From NCBI GenBank assembly GCA_013239625.1, contig MU054187.1, positions 8,652,358 through 8,716,357 of the forward strand: a DNA stretch of 64,000 nucleotides, read 5' to 3'. This document shows positions 12,560-24,726 of the stretch, in pieces. This DNA is from Lama guanicoe. Lineage: Eukaryota. Numbering within the stretch: the first letter of the stretch is position 1; each line of letters starts with the position of its first letter. The notes below the pieces were generated by a model that saw only the letters and a program-made list of their open reading frames with translations, made no database searches and was not told where the DNA came from. The position numbers and the translations under genes were made by a program.

Positions 12560-13030
12560 AACCTCCCAGAGATGGACAGGTAATATTTAGTGACTCTACA
12601 AGTTATTAGACCCATACAAGTGACAGTGCTTTTCAAATCAGCTACCGGAACACTGTGCTTCCTGCCTCCCCCAACACACAGCTGGAAAACAGTGAGATTA
12701 AGAAAAAACACATTTCTCTCAGTTTTATTTGGCCCGAGAAAACAGTTGCAATCCCTGCAAATCTATCTGCTAATTTATTCCCTCATGGAAAGAAGACATA
12801 GCAATCATATTCTTAAAGCATTTATATTGATGCTGGCAATACCCGGGTCCCCTCTATTGCTGGGCTGTAGGAAAGTTTCTCACCTTTTTCTCTGCAAAAT
12901 TTTTTTCAGTGCAGCCAAATTAGCAGAATGCTTTAATCAAGTTGTTTGTGGGTGTGACGGGAGGTTCTTTCCAGGGAAATCTGTGACTGACATTAGATCA
13001 GATGTGGAAGTACGTTATTAGAATTTCAAT
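12560..13030. promoter_or_regulatory. Candidate conserved non-coding element / enhancer
   Basis: Repeat-free complex sequence with TAAT, TGACAG and E-box (CAGCTG, CAGTTG, CAGATG) motifs; conservation not verified. Confidence 0.35.
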
Positions 13031-13544
13031 GGGACCCCCCTCCCTCCCCCAAAAAGAGATGGTGTTCCCAGACTGTATCTTCTCCCCCAGGTTTTCTTCA
13101 GGTTGGGAACACCGTCAGGTCAGTGCGGGGCTGCCTGCCTCAGTCCTCCAGGTGAGACGAGACAATGTGTCTTTCTCTCCCTCGGGGACCAAAATCTCTC
13201 TCTGTATTTCAAACCTAATTTTTGGAGGGCCAGGGTTGGACCCTCCTAATGGGAAAAGTCTATCACAAAATGTCCATGCTCTTCGCTGGAGTGACATAAA
13301 AATGGACAGGCCTTCCTGCTCCACAGAGTTCTAGGCAGTGTGTGATGTTGGTTTGTTGCACGTTACCTGAATCTTGCCTACATACACCAGTATCAGGTTA
13401 GGCTCCAGAGGGTGTGCTCTGGTAGTAACTTGCTGCAGAGATAAAGGTCTTTCCTCCTCCCTGTGGGAGGAAGTGCCACATCAAAGAGAAGAGAAAAGCT
13501 TTGATGTGTACTGCAGATTAACTTCTAGTATTTGGTTTTAATCT

Positions 13545-13960
13545 CACCGGCATTATATGAGTAAAGATGTTTTTCAGTACCCTTGCCTGCACTGTATATT
13601 GTCATCATTTTTGGTGTTGTCTATCAGCTAAGTAAAAACTATTAGTGTTTATATATATGTATGTATATATATATTTATATTTCTTTACCAGTATGATTGG
13701 ACATTAGTTCAAGTGTTTATGCCATTTATATTCCTCTTTTGTTTTCCTAATGGCTTATTTAAAAATTCATTTATATGAACTCTTTGCATATTGAAAATTG
13801 ATATTTACCTGTCAAAGTTTATGCAGGTCATTTTTTCCCAGTTTATCATTTGTCTTACAGTCTTATTCTTGGTATTTCGTACCAGTCAGAACTCAGGGTC
13901 TTGTTTTAGTAATAATTTAATCAAGTCCATCAACATTTCCTTTTAAGATTCCTTGATTTA
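13545..13960 (-). mobile_element. Old L1M ORF2-end fragment
   Basis: ttttttcccagtttatcatttgtct and gaactctttgcatatt antisense L1 motifs. Confidence 0.6.
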
Positions 13961-14184
13961 AATAATTTTTTACAGTATAAAGTAGGGGGAAAATAAGGCA
14001 ATCTCTAAATTTATGGTATCTGTTGCTCAAAAAAGTTTATTTCAGAGATGTTTGTAATAGTGAAAAATTGGAATCCGTCTAAAGAACTATTGATGGGGAA
14101 TTATTAACTAAATTATTTTTCACCCAAGATACTGCCATTAAATAATTACTATGATACAACATGGGAAAAGATGAGTGGACGGAA

Positions 14185-14372
14185 TAACACAATGGTTAAG
14201 AGTGATCCCTGGAGCCAGACTTGGGGCAACTTACTTAACTTCTCTGAACCTTCATTTCTTAATCTGTGAAATGGGATTATAAAGCGATCTCACAGGGCTG
14301 CTGTGGTGATAAGCAAGACAATGCACAGAAAGCATTTAGCACAGTGCCTGATACTTAATTTCCACTGAATAA
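14185..14372 (+). mobile_element. MIR SINE
   Basis: ggttaagagt..ctggagccagac ttggggcaacttacttaacttctctgaaccttcatttcttaatctgtgaaatggg...gcatttagcacagtgcctg. Confidence 0.9.
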
Positions 14373-14749
14373 GATTAAAAAGATTAAAATGGAAAAAACA
14401 AAAGTAACTATAGCCATTGTATTAGAAGAGCAGATTAATTTTTTCTTTGTTTTCTTTATTTTATTAAAAATTTAAAATAAATATGCTTATGTGTTTTACC
14501 TCCAAGGAAACATGCACCCGAAGACATAGAGGTTACTTTACTTTCAGAAGAGCAGATGGATTAAATCAGAGCAGAGAGCATAATGATTGTGGTGATGGAG
14601 GAATGAATTATGAGAAATGATTAAAGATAAAGATTATGTCTGGTGTTGCTAAGTAATGGCTGAGGGGGGACCAATAATTGACTACAGAAATCTGACAGGA
14701 GAAATACTGAACAGGCAGGAGGAATTATTTAATCAAATTTAGGACAGGA

Positions 14750-14885
14750 TAGCTGGAAGAGAATTTACCCTGAATGGGAGAGAAAACTTTCTGACAGTCA
14801 AAAATTATTATTTAAGAAAAGTCTTCCAAGAAAAGTGATAAAAGCCCATCCCTAAGGATATTTAAAACAAGGTTGGAGAGAAACC
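14750..14885 (+). mobile_element. L3/CR1 3' fragment
   Basis: gaaaactttctgacagtca...cttccaagaaaagtgataaaagcccatccctaaggatatttaaaacaaggttgga resembles the CR1 3' end. Confidence 0.6.
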
Positions 14886-15274
14886 AAGAGAGTGAATGTG
14901 ACAGAGAACCACAGTGCTTTGATTCAGTGCTAGCTTCCATCTCTGATTTTACAGCAGCCTCGGAAAGAAGTAGGTCACTCAATCACGGTGGAGGATTGAC
15001 GTGTGGCTCAAGCAACCAAATGTCTGAAGAGTTATGAGGTGTCCAGCTTCCACGCCAGGCGCAAAACTAACCACGCCAAGTTGGTACCTGTAAGGTGACC
15101 TGCTCTATGTGACCAGGGACGCCACAAGTGCATGCTCACCGCACATGTGATGGGGGTGGGGTAGCAGCAAATTACTTTTTGCTGATAGAAAACATAGAGG
15201 CCGGTCAACCCGCTGTGAATTATCAAACACTAAGCTCAGAGGGAGTGGATCTGACCACTTCCTTCGAAGATAAT

Positions 15275-15520
15275 GAAAAGCTCTAATTGGACGTGTGCCA
15301 TGTACCAAACACTGTGTTAGGTGTTTTACCAATACCCTCTCATTGCTTCCTCCAGACGACCTTGGAGGGTGACTGTTGACGCTCACACTTTGAAAATGAG
15401 GGGACAGAGGCTCAAAGAGACTAAGTCCTGTCCCAAGGTCACATGGCCGGTGAGAGCTGACATGAAGACTCCAGTCAGGTCTCTGTCTTTCTCAAGCCTG
15501 TTCCGCTCCACCCTACACAC
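15275..15520 (-). mobile_element. MIR SINE
   Basis: gaggggacagaggctcaaagagactaagtcctgtcccaaggtcacatggc. Confidence 0.85.
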
Positions 15521-15994
15521 CGCTGTTTCAGTAAACAAAAGGGTGAGTGACTCGCACAAGATCAGACAGCCCGATCTCTGAATTAGAAAAGTAGTTCAGC
15601 CCTTTTAGAATAAAGTAGGACTAATTTTATATGCAACTCAGGTGTATATTTCACAGCCTAATAATCTAAAATAAGTTGAATAATAAAAATGGCAACAATA
15701 ATGTGTCTGTAAGACACCTCACTTCTGCAGTTCCTTACTTATATTTATAATATTGCTTCATTATTGTTTCAGGACAATCTATAAGAACTGAAATTTGTAA
15801 CATACCATACAAGCCTTGACTGTATTAATGCCATTATCTACTTAATTTTTCTCTTAACAGGTTACGTTCTTTCTGATGCATATTCCTCACTCTAATGAAG
15901 TAGTTAATAAAGAAGTATTTTGAAATGAATACATGAGCTAAGTCTGAACAATCAGCAGCAAGCAAAATAGGAATAAGAATGAAGACTGCGATCA

Positions 15995-16049
15995 CTTTGA
16001 CACAACATTGTAAAATGATTATAAATCAATAAAAAATGTTAAAAAAAAA
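15995..16049 (+). mobile_element. ~55 bp camelid L1 3' terminus with 13 bp TSD
   Basis: ttgacacaacattgtaaaatgattataaatcaataaaaaatgttaaaaaaaaaa flanked by aagactgcgatca (15982-15994) and aagactgtgatca (16050-16062). Confidence 0.85.
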
Positions 16050-18819
16050 AAGACTGTGATCATATTTGGGCTCTGCTCACCCCACTAGAAATATCTCATC
16101 ACATATTATTCAAACTTTTCTTTTTTGTACCATCCTCCAGTGTATGAAGTTCATGACCTTTGGAAGAGGAAATCTATAAGCCTTATGAGCTTCAGGCATC
16201 CACTCCTCCAAATCCTAAGAAATGTATTGAATAAATAAAAATCTTACAAAACAAGATAGTTTCTAGTTATATTTAATGTGTTTAAAGGAGAAATGGAGTA
16301 GGTTGGAGAGAATGGATGTTGGAGAAAATATTGTCTTCTTTATGCTGCTCTACTGCTTGTTCACCCCTGGAGACACACAGAAATGGCCATCTGGATGGTG
16401 GACACACAAAAGGACTGTCTGTTAGAGGAAACACCTTTCATTGGACGAAAAGGTACTTCTCTGCCACACTGTGGCTGAGGTCCACATGACTCAGTGGTGC
16501 CCACCTGCACTGTCCACCGGGAGAAACTGTAGAAACAGTTGTACCCTATTCAGAGGAGCTGAATATGATACAGACCTAAGTATTTAAAGTAGGAGCACAT
16601 CTTCGTTGTTGTTTTTCCAACAGACAGCCTTTTACAAATTTTAGATGTGCACCCAGAGGTGGCCACACCGACCGACAACCCATGCATGAAAAGTGCTTGG
16701 AGGCCAGGATTCCTGTAGTCCCTTCCCTAAGGCGCTGAGTCTGTTGAGCAGGGAGCACCTAACAGAGGAATTGAGCGTGAGTAGTTGAATTCTAGACCTG
16801 ATGGCTTCCTTTCCCATGTCTGTGTATATTCTCTCTTTTCTCATTATTTGCAAAACAGACAAGAAAGCTACCTTTCCTTCGATGAGACAGAAATAAAAAG
16901 CAAATAATTTCCTTAAGTAATCCACAAATTTCACTATTCTGTTACTCTACAGTCCACCATTAAAGTCGGTAATCAACTAAAATATAAAACCAAAAATATT
17001 ATGTTTATATTCTCAAGCCCAACATTAAGAGTTTTATTTTTATACAAAATAACTTGTTTATAATTGACTCTCTCTATCCAAGGTTTCTATAAACACCCTC
17101 CCAAATCTTCTGCCTACATTATTTTCTGATAATGAAGTCTCCTAAGAATTATGGAAATTATATCCTTTTGACAAAATGTTTATTGGCTATAGTTTTGTTT
17201 TGACATAGCAATCAAAAATAAAATGATGTTGTATCTTGAAACTTTTCGGTCATCTGCAAAATAGAATTGGGATTAGCAATTTTTTTGCAATTATTGCCAA
17301 ATTTGAGATACAAATACCAGCAGACAAGATGAAACACAGGTCTCGCTTTGTTCATCTAATTCAGCCCTTAACTATTCCTTCACTTTTTTGAAGAGTTTCA
17401 AATTCTTTGTGTGTTTGACAGTTTCTGACCAGTTATCAGTTGCTTAAAACTTGAACTGTCAGAAAAAGATGTAGCATAATATCGTGTCCCACCACCCACG
17501 TGCAAATCCACGCATCCAGTAGTCTGGTGGAATCGTAGTGCTTTAGGTTAAATAACTTTCCCATCCTTTCAGGGGAAAAATGATGGAGAAGTGGCTAAAG
17601 AACAACTTTCATTTTTGGGGTGTTTGTTTGATCCTAATCAGCTTATAAGGTGATAAAAGTTACAGTATTGCTAACACTTCTTGTATTACAGAACTGGAGA
17701 TACTACTATTAACTGGGAAAAAAACCAAGGCCCACAAAGAAAATAATGGGCCAGAGACTTGGCTAGAAGAGGATCTGGAGGTGCATTTCTTCATTTTTTT
17801 GTCTGATGATGTTTTAAAAAGACGTACTGCTGCTTCTAGGATTCAAACAGATCACAGGATTAATACTTCATCTTAGGCATATTTTCAACTTTTCCTCATA
17901 ATCCTTTTGATTAATTCAACCAGCCTGAGTTTTTCTGTTGTCCCCTTGTCACTGGCCACCTCTAGGGGAATTGCCAAATACCAGGCAAAGGGAGAGAGCA
18001 GAGGAGCCCGGGGAGACTGAGAGCAAAGGTCTCCAGGTTCTTGGCGCGCAGGAGTGAGTGCATTGCGCATATGCTAGTAAACACAGTGGTTACCCTTTAA
18101 ATGTGCCAAAGAGCTGCTTCTGAGTTTCTGTAACCAAAAAAAAAAAGCGAAGCTATAACATAACCACATTGTGTTGATTCCAATTTCCATCTCAGTAAAA
18201 ACAAGAACTTTCGGTCACATTCCTCAGTAAGCCTGTCTGACCACTTCCACAGTGGCCCAGGTCAGGTGTCTCTGGTACCTGTTGGCATCAGGTGAGGGTG
18301 AAGGGAGGGTCACTGAGATGAACCAGATGCCAATGAACCCTCCCTTGTAAATAGCTCTTTGTGAACATAAGTTGCGTCTCCCTAATTTTGTGAAACAGTG
18401 GACTCTCTCAGTGTTGTTTGCTGGGAAGTGTTGAACTGTGAAGACATCCGATCCTTCTGATACGGCTCAGTTGTCCTCTGCTGATACTCGAGTGCTTTGC
18501 AAACTGCCTGAACAATGTCCCGTAACCAGATCAACAGATTATGACCACTGGGAATAAGCTCTTCTAGGGAGAGGTTTATTTTTATTCCTGTGTTTGTTTT
18601 AACGCAATTTTAGACCAAATTCTCCCAATTCCTGTGTCAGGATGTTGACACAGACCACTCGACAATGAACCCTGTTAAATACTTGTCCTGTCTTGACTCA
18701 CACACCAGTCGTTTGCCTGTTGGAGCTTTTATCCAGACCTTTTACAGGAATTAATGATACATGATGTGCTAAACATTTCATGTGAAAATAACTACGCACA
18801 TAGCAACCACAAATTTCAA

Positions 18820-19035
18820 TCTAGTCTTCGTTTAGACTCTCCTCTGTGCCAGGCACTGCGCTCATGCCCTGTCCACGCATTATTTCTTTGAACCCTTTGT
18901 AACCCATACAGTTGATAGATGCCAGATTTATCCCCAATTTATATATCAAAGACACCGAGGCAGAAGCAGGGGAAGTTACATAGCTTGTGAGTGGCCAAGG
19001 CAAGAACAGGCAGCCGGGGAAGTCGGCGCCAGGCC
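18820..19035 (-). mobile_element. MIR SINE
   Basis: ctctgtgccaggcactgcgct...ccccaatttatatatcaaagacaccgaggcaga. Confidence 0.75.
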
Positions 19036-19039
19036 ACAG

Positions 19040-19135
19040 GGAGACAGAGGTCATGGAAAGGGCGTTTGGATGCTGTTCCTAGTGTGATGGGAAGACAGTG
19101 GAGGTTTCTGAGCAAAGAATGACATGATCTGATCC
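19040..19135 (-). mobile_element. L2 fragment
   Basis: gatgggaagacagtggaggtttctgagcaaagaatgacatgatctga. Confidence 0.7.
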
Positions 19136-19139
19136 TTTT

Positions 19140-19537
19140 TTGAGTGTGTCTGGTAAAATATACATAAAATACATTATTTTAATCATTTTTAAGAGTATAA
19201 TTCAATGGCATTAAGAACGTTCTCATTGTTGTGCAACCATCACCAGAATTTTTTCACCTTCCCAACCTGAAACTCTGTACCCCTTAAACATTAGCTCCTC
19301 ACTCCTCCCTCCCCCAGCCTCTGGTAACCCCCATTCTACTTCCTGCCCCTGTGAATTTGACAGCTCTCAGAACCTCGTATATGTGGAATCATACACTGTT
19401 TGTCCTTTAGCAACTGGCTCATTTCATTCTGCATATTGTGTTCAAGGTTCATCCGTGTTGTAACGTGTTAGACTTTCTTTCCTTGCATGGCTAAATAACA
19501 GTCCACCATATAAATATACTATATTTTGTTTATCCAG
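19140..19537 (-). mobile_element. L1MB-type 3' end
   Basis: ctcctccctcccccagcctctggtaacccccattctactt...atgtggaatcatac...ttcaaggttcatccgtgttgta. Confidence 0.9.
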
Positions 19538-19678
19538 TGGGTTAAATGAAATCTATTAAGCAAAATTAACTTCATTTATTTCTTTTTTACTTTTTAAAAA
19601 TAGAGCTCTTATAAAAGGAAAAATTACGTACATGGTTCGCATTTGTAGTTTGCAGTGTGTCCCTTGGACAATGCTGTT
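19538..19678. mobile_element. hAT-Charlie MITE fragment (MER33/MER3-like)
   Basis: gggttaaatgaaatctatta...aaattacgtacatggttcgcatt...ttggacaatgctg. Confidence 0.6.
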
Positions 19679-21544
19679 TGAGAGTCCTCAGTACACTTAG
19701 GGAGAAGTGGGGGACACACCATCTTAAGGACTTTGTAAGTGTCATGGGGGAGAAAGGAAGATAGGCTCTTGCTGATTATAAGAACTCCAAGCAAAGAATT
19801 ATGCCCTACATCAGCTCAAAATACCCAAACAATAGCATTTTTGTATGGAGGATAGACTATTTGATGGCCAAAGAAAGCATTTGTTATAGTGGATGGTTCA
19901 CCAAAAAGAATTCATTGAAATCAAATCAACAGCTCTTTCATTACGGAGGGTGGAGGAATCTAATGTGAAACGGGAACCATTTGCTCACAGCTAGCCTGAT
20001 GAAGATTAAAATGAGTGTCAAGTAATCACTAGAATGAAACAGGAATCTGTTCTGTAAAATGTTTATTAACCTTTATAAGCAAGACATCCTGCTATAACAA
20101 ATACTTTGTTGGGAGGACTTTTTTTTAAGTCACAGATCTGGTAATGAAAAATCAGGAAAGCTGAACAGAAACACACAAGCAGCTTGGGAAGCATGGATGT
20201 ACTGGGCTGCATCCTCATTCACCGCCATTCTTGTTCCGCTATGAAAGGACAGAAAAAAATGCAGGCACTGAGGGCTCGAGCTGGAATCTGACCCAAAAAT
20301 GTGGTGGCCTCCAAATCCCCGATGCAGAGCTGGTGTGTGCTCGGATGGTGACATCCTACACAGCAAAACACTATTCCATTTCTTTGTTCCAAAAGCGACA
20401 GAGCTATGTCGGAGCTGTTTTACCAGCAGTGACAGAAGTGTGTTGTGAGCCACTCTCTCTTTTGACATAAGACAGCAAGTCCTCTTGGAAAGAAGTCCAA
20501 ACAGCCTGGTAGGTAGAGGGCCTGGGAGACAGAGTTCATTTATTATTGTTCATGGCAAGGTTATTTCAGGCCAGAGGCATGTTTCAGAGATCTGGCTTTT
20601 CACAAAGGTTTGCCTGTCTTCCTGGGTTCTTGTTTTAACATTTCTGTTTAACTTTTTCTTTCACCATTGTAGCCATCTTTCCAAAAATAAAAAGCATTCT
20701 TCACAATGAAAAATTCCTTAGTCCATCTTGGAGCTATGGTCCTTATTGTGAGCACAAGCCATTCTCCTGTGCCTGTATCTTCTGTGAATTCCAGGGGCTG
20801 GTGAGCGCCCCTGCAGAGCGGCACGTGCTCTTAGCTGCCGCCCTCACAGGTAGAGGCAGCAAATGCCTACCTGCAGCATGATGGAGGAGGAGCTCTGCTG
20901 ACAGACAGAACTTTCAGAATGACAGCCAGAGAATCTTCCTCTAAGCACTTGATTATTTAAGAGCGATGGCACATAGAGGAAAGTAACGCTGTGTGGTTAC
21001 ACAACTTGCGTACAATCAGGCAACACGTCATGGCAAAGACGGCCAGAACATGGTTGTCTGCATTCAGACCTACCTCTGATTTCCAAATTTCTTGCTAGAT
21101 GTAGGTCTCAGAGCATTCACATTCCAGTGTGAGCTCCCTTAACATCTGGCCCCTGCTGAATTTCCCCAGGCAATCTTTACCCTTAAGGGAAGGGTTAGAT
21201 TCATTTGCCTTTCTGAAGCATTACTTCTCGAAGCAAGTCGAGTCTGGGGCCAGAAACTGCTGCCGAAGGACAGAAATGACCTGCCCTGCCACCCCTCCTG
21301 GTGGCCACGTTGATGAACTTATCCATTATAGAGCCCGTCATTCCAGAGAGCTGCAGGCCAGGGCAGAGTGGACACACAGCATCTCCTGGCACAGGGCACA
21401 TGCTCCCACCAGCCACACGTCTGGGCCCTGATGTCCCACAAGAGCTGTTACCCATAGTGCTGCCGAGCCTGCGCACCTAAGAGCCAGACCAGGGTAGAAG
21501 GGGCAGGCATAGGCAGTGTCCATAAATATGCCATTCAACTTAGT

Positions 21545-21865
21545 ATGATAACCTACAAATTAACTTACTTATAAAACAGAAAGAGACTCACAGACATAGA
21601 AAACAAACTTATGGTTACTGGGGGGAAGGTGGAGGGGAAGGATAAATTGGGAGTTTGGGATTAGCAGATACAAACTACTACATACAGATTAGATAAACTA
21701 CAAGATCCTACTGTCTAGCACAGGGAACTATGTTCAATGGTAATAACATATAATGAAAAAGAATATGAAAAGGAATATATATATAAATATGTACAATTGA
21801 ACCACTATGCTCTACACCAGAAACTAACACAACATTATAAATCAAATATACTTCAATTTTTAAAA
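21545..21865 (+). mobile_element. Camelid/cetartiodactyl L1 3' end
   Basis: aaacagaaagagactcacagacatagaaaacaaacttatggttac...gcacagggaactat...caccagaaactaacacaacatt; degenerate TSD aaata(tg)ccatt(c/t)aa. Confidence 0.9.
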
Positions 21866-23379
21866 TACCATTTAATGCCTACTATTCCTTCATCAAGATT
21901 TATTTCTCAGCTCTTGGTACAGCCTACACATAGTAGGTGTTTAGCACTCAGTGGGTATCTCCTCCTGAATAAATTTAGCCCTTTGTTCCTAGGAGACCAC
22001 ACTTCACTGTGATAAATAACACGTCAGCTACGCTTACACACCCAGTGAAATGACAGTTCTTATACAAAGTTCTTGCTATTCCTGTCATTCAAAAAGTGAG
22101 CACACCTCCCCTATTTTTTTAATTGTTTCTCTTATTCGGTGTACACAGGTTAAGGCTGAAGCCCTTTAGTTATGTTTGTAAATCTCCTACAGCAGGACTT
22201 GAGCATCCAGAAGCACCTATGAGAGGAATACCCACTTTATGAGAATTCAGGACCCAATAATAAGATACTTCTCAGCTGTCAAACAAATCATTTACATCGT
22301 GCAGGATAGACACAGGGGCAGGAACAGGATCTGGATTTTTAAATAAAGCAAGGATGCAAAACCAGAAGATGGCCATTTCAAGCAGGAAAATCAATGGGAA
22401 GTTGAAATTTTGAGGTCTCCTTGCAGGCTTAGAATGTAAAACACCATATCCGATAAAAGATGTTGCGTTCTTGGGGAACCACAAGGTTGGAAAAGTCGAC
22501 TTCTGCTTGAAATCCGCATTTCCTGGAGCTTGGGAGGAAGAACAACAGTGGAATTCTGCCAAGGGAGGGGGGAGGGGGAGGGGAGAATCCTTTCATTAAG
22601 ATCCATCATCTTTGACCCGAAATCAGTGCCCTTACCTCTCAAAAGACAGTAGTATATTCTTCTCCCACTGCAGGTAACTTTTATAAGCAGTTGGAGCTTT
22701 TGAACATTTTTCAATTGTGGAGGGGCAGGGAAGGAATGGAATTTTGTCTAAACTTGCTGACCCCTGAAAAGTCTTCTATGATTAGTTTAGGACAAAATAT
22801 ATGTCTGCATGTCATCGACCTTATGTCCAACGTTTCAAGTTTACAGAAACTCACGCACGATTAAGATGCATGGAAATGGAAACCGATAGCAGATCTGTCA
22901 TCAAGGCTGCAGCCTGCTGTCGAAATACATAGTTCTAACAACCCCGAGACATCCTTTCTTTCCTTCCCTTCTTCCTTCCTCCCTCCTTCACTTTTCAACC
23001 ATTTATTTATTCTGCACACATTTATTGGACACCTACCACCCTTCCTCTATCCACTGCCAGCTGAGCTTTGCGGGCCAGGCTCACATTTGCATTTTATTTC
23101 CGTGTCCAAAAATCTGCCTCAAGTTGAGCAAACTTGGGCTGAAGACACGGGGGTCCACTCCCTGCAAGCGCTTGGGTGTCCCAGCCCCTGCCAGCCGCAC
23201 AGCCCCGCAATTGAGGACATCGTGTTTTCAATTTTCTTCAATAAAGCCATGAATCTGGCAATTTGCTGGCCTGCTTCAGCTAAACAGAAAGGACAATTTG
23301 AGAAAGATCATAGTTCAGGCCCAGTCAGACGGAAACGATTGAAAACAGAGCTGGCCGCTCTCTGTCCCCAACGCAGCTC

Positions 23380-23660
23380 GCTGTCGCAGTTTGACTGACA
23401 AACTGACTTTTTTGAGGTGCTCATGCCCATTTCAGTCAGAGTTTATTGAAGGTGATTTTGATCTTCTCCATGAGGCCACAGCAGTGGCCATGCCATCTGT
23501 CACCTTGATTGCATCGTGGATTCTCTGGAGAGAGCGCCATGGCTCCTGATCATTTACAGATTGCGCTGCTCGCCCCTCCATAAGGACCACATGCACAGAG
23601 CCAGATGGTGAACATGCACGCTTATTATAAGTCTTTATCTCCGCGCAGGAAGGAGAGGAA
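23380..23660. promoter_or_regulatory. Candidate conserved non-coding element / enhancer
   Basis: Repeat-free, CpG-retaining block with TTTATT/TTATAA, CTGTCA, TGATTG and CAGATG/CATCTG motifs; conservation not verified. Confidence 0.35.
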
Positions 23661-24726
23661 CCATTAGGTCTCCCTCAGGAGCCCTGCTCCTCTCTCCCGT
23701 CATGCTGCTCCTCAGCAAATACAGTCTTCTTCAGCTGTCATCGGCCTACCTCGGAAAATTAAAAAAATAAACAATAATTCCATCAGCCGAGGCCGAGAAA
23801 TCGAGACGGTACAATCAAGCAAGCCCCTTGTCCTGCCTTCCTTTCTTTTCTCAAATCCCTTCTCCCTGACTATGGGCACTGGGTGAAAACCAGCGTGTCT
23901 GTGGATGCATCATTCATGTGTTGATTTTTTAAAAGAGATCAGGAGGGGGAGGGGCCACTGCTTGGAAATAAAGTGACATGATCCTGTTTCCTGTGATTGG
24001 GATTATGGCTTCCATTGTACTGGGGTCATTCTTTTCCTTTTAAAGATTTTCTGTTCATTTTACACATTTTTAAATTCTACATTGTTTTCTCTGCAGTAAT
24101 CCCAAGAGGGGGACCATTTGTGTCTCAGTAAGGGTCAAGGCACGAGGGTCCAGGGAGGGACTTGGGTGCTGTTGACTGTGAGCAAGATTGGAAGACCCCA
24201 AGGACGGTGGAACTCTAGAAAAAGTCCTCTTAGTAAACTCTCCACTGGGAAAAAAACAATGGGAAGGGCTGGGGACAGGGCTGGAATTCTGAGCATCTGA
24301 GCAGATTGGGGGCTGGCTGGTAAAAATGTGTGTTTCTCCCAAACCACCATTATCACTTACTATTAGGAATTCTGAGAGGATCTAAAGGAATTCTGAGTGG
24401 AACCATAACACATGCAAAAATAAATACGATGAAGCAAATATACATTAGCTGTGAAGAAAGTGATTCTCAACTTTTTTTTACCTTATAGATATAACTTAGA
24501 TATATATAAGGGTGTATATATCCTAAATGTACATTTTAAGTTTTGCATATAAATACTCCATCCAGGTCAAGATATAGGACATTTTCAAAACTCCAGCAGA
24601 CTTGTGATACAGAAATAAGTAAATGCTCATAAACAGACTCACTAAGGAGCCTAAGGCTGCCCCCACTGCTTTTCCCATAAACAATACACCCTGATGGTTC
24701 TGGTTAAACTGGCATGGGATTTCTCT

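Noticed and set aside
20804..20818. CTCF site (agcgcccctgcag, also at ~40957)
   Set aside because: One G short of the AGRKGGCR core spacing; not a convincing match
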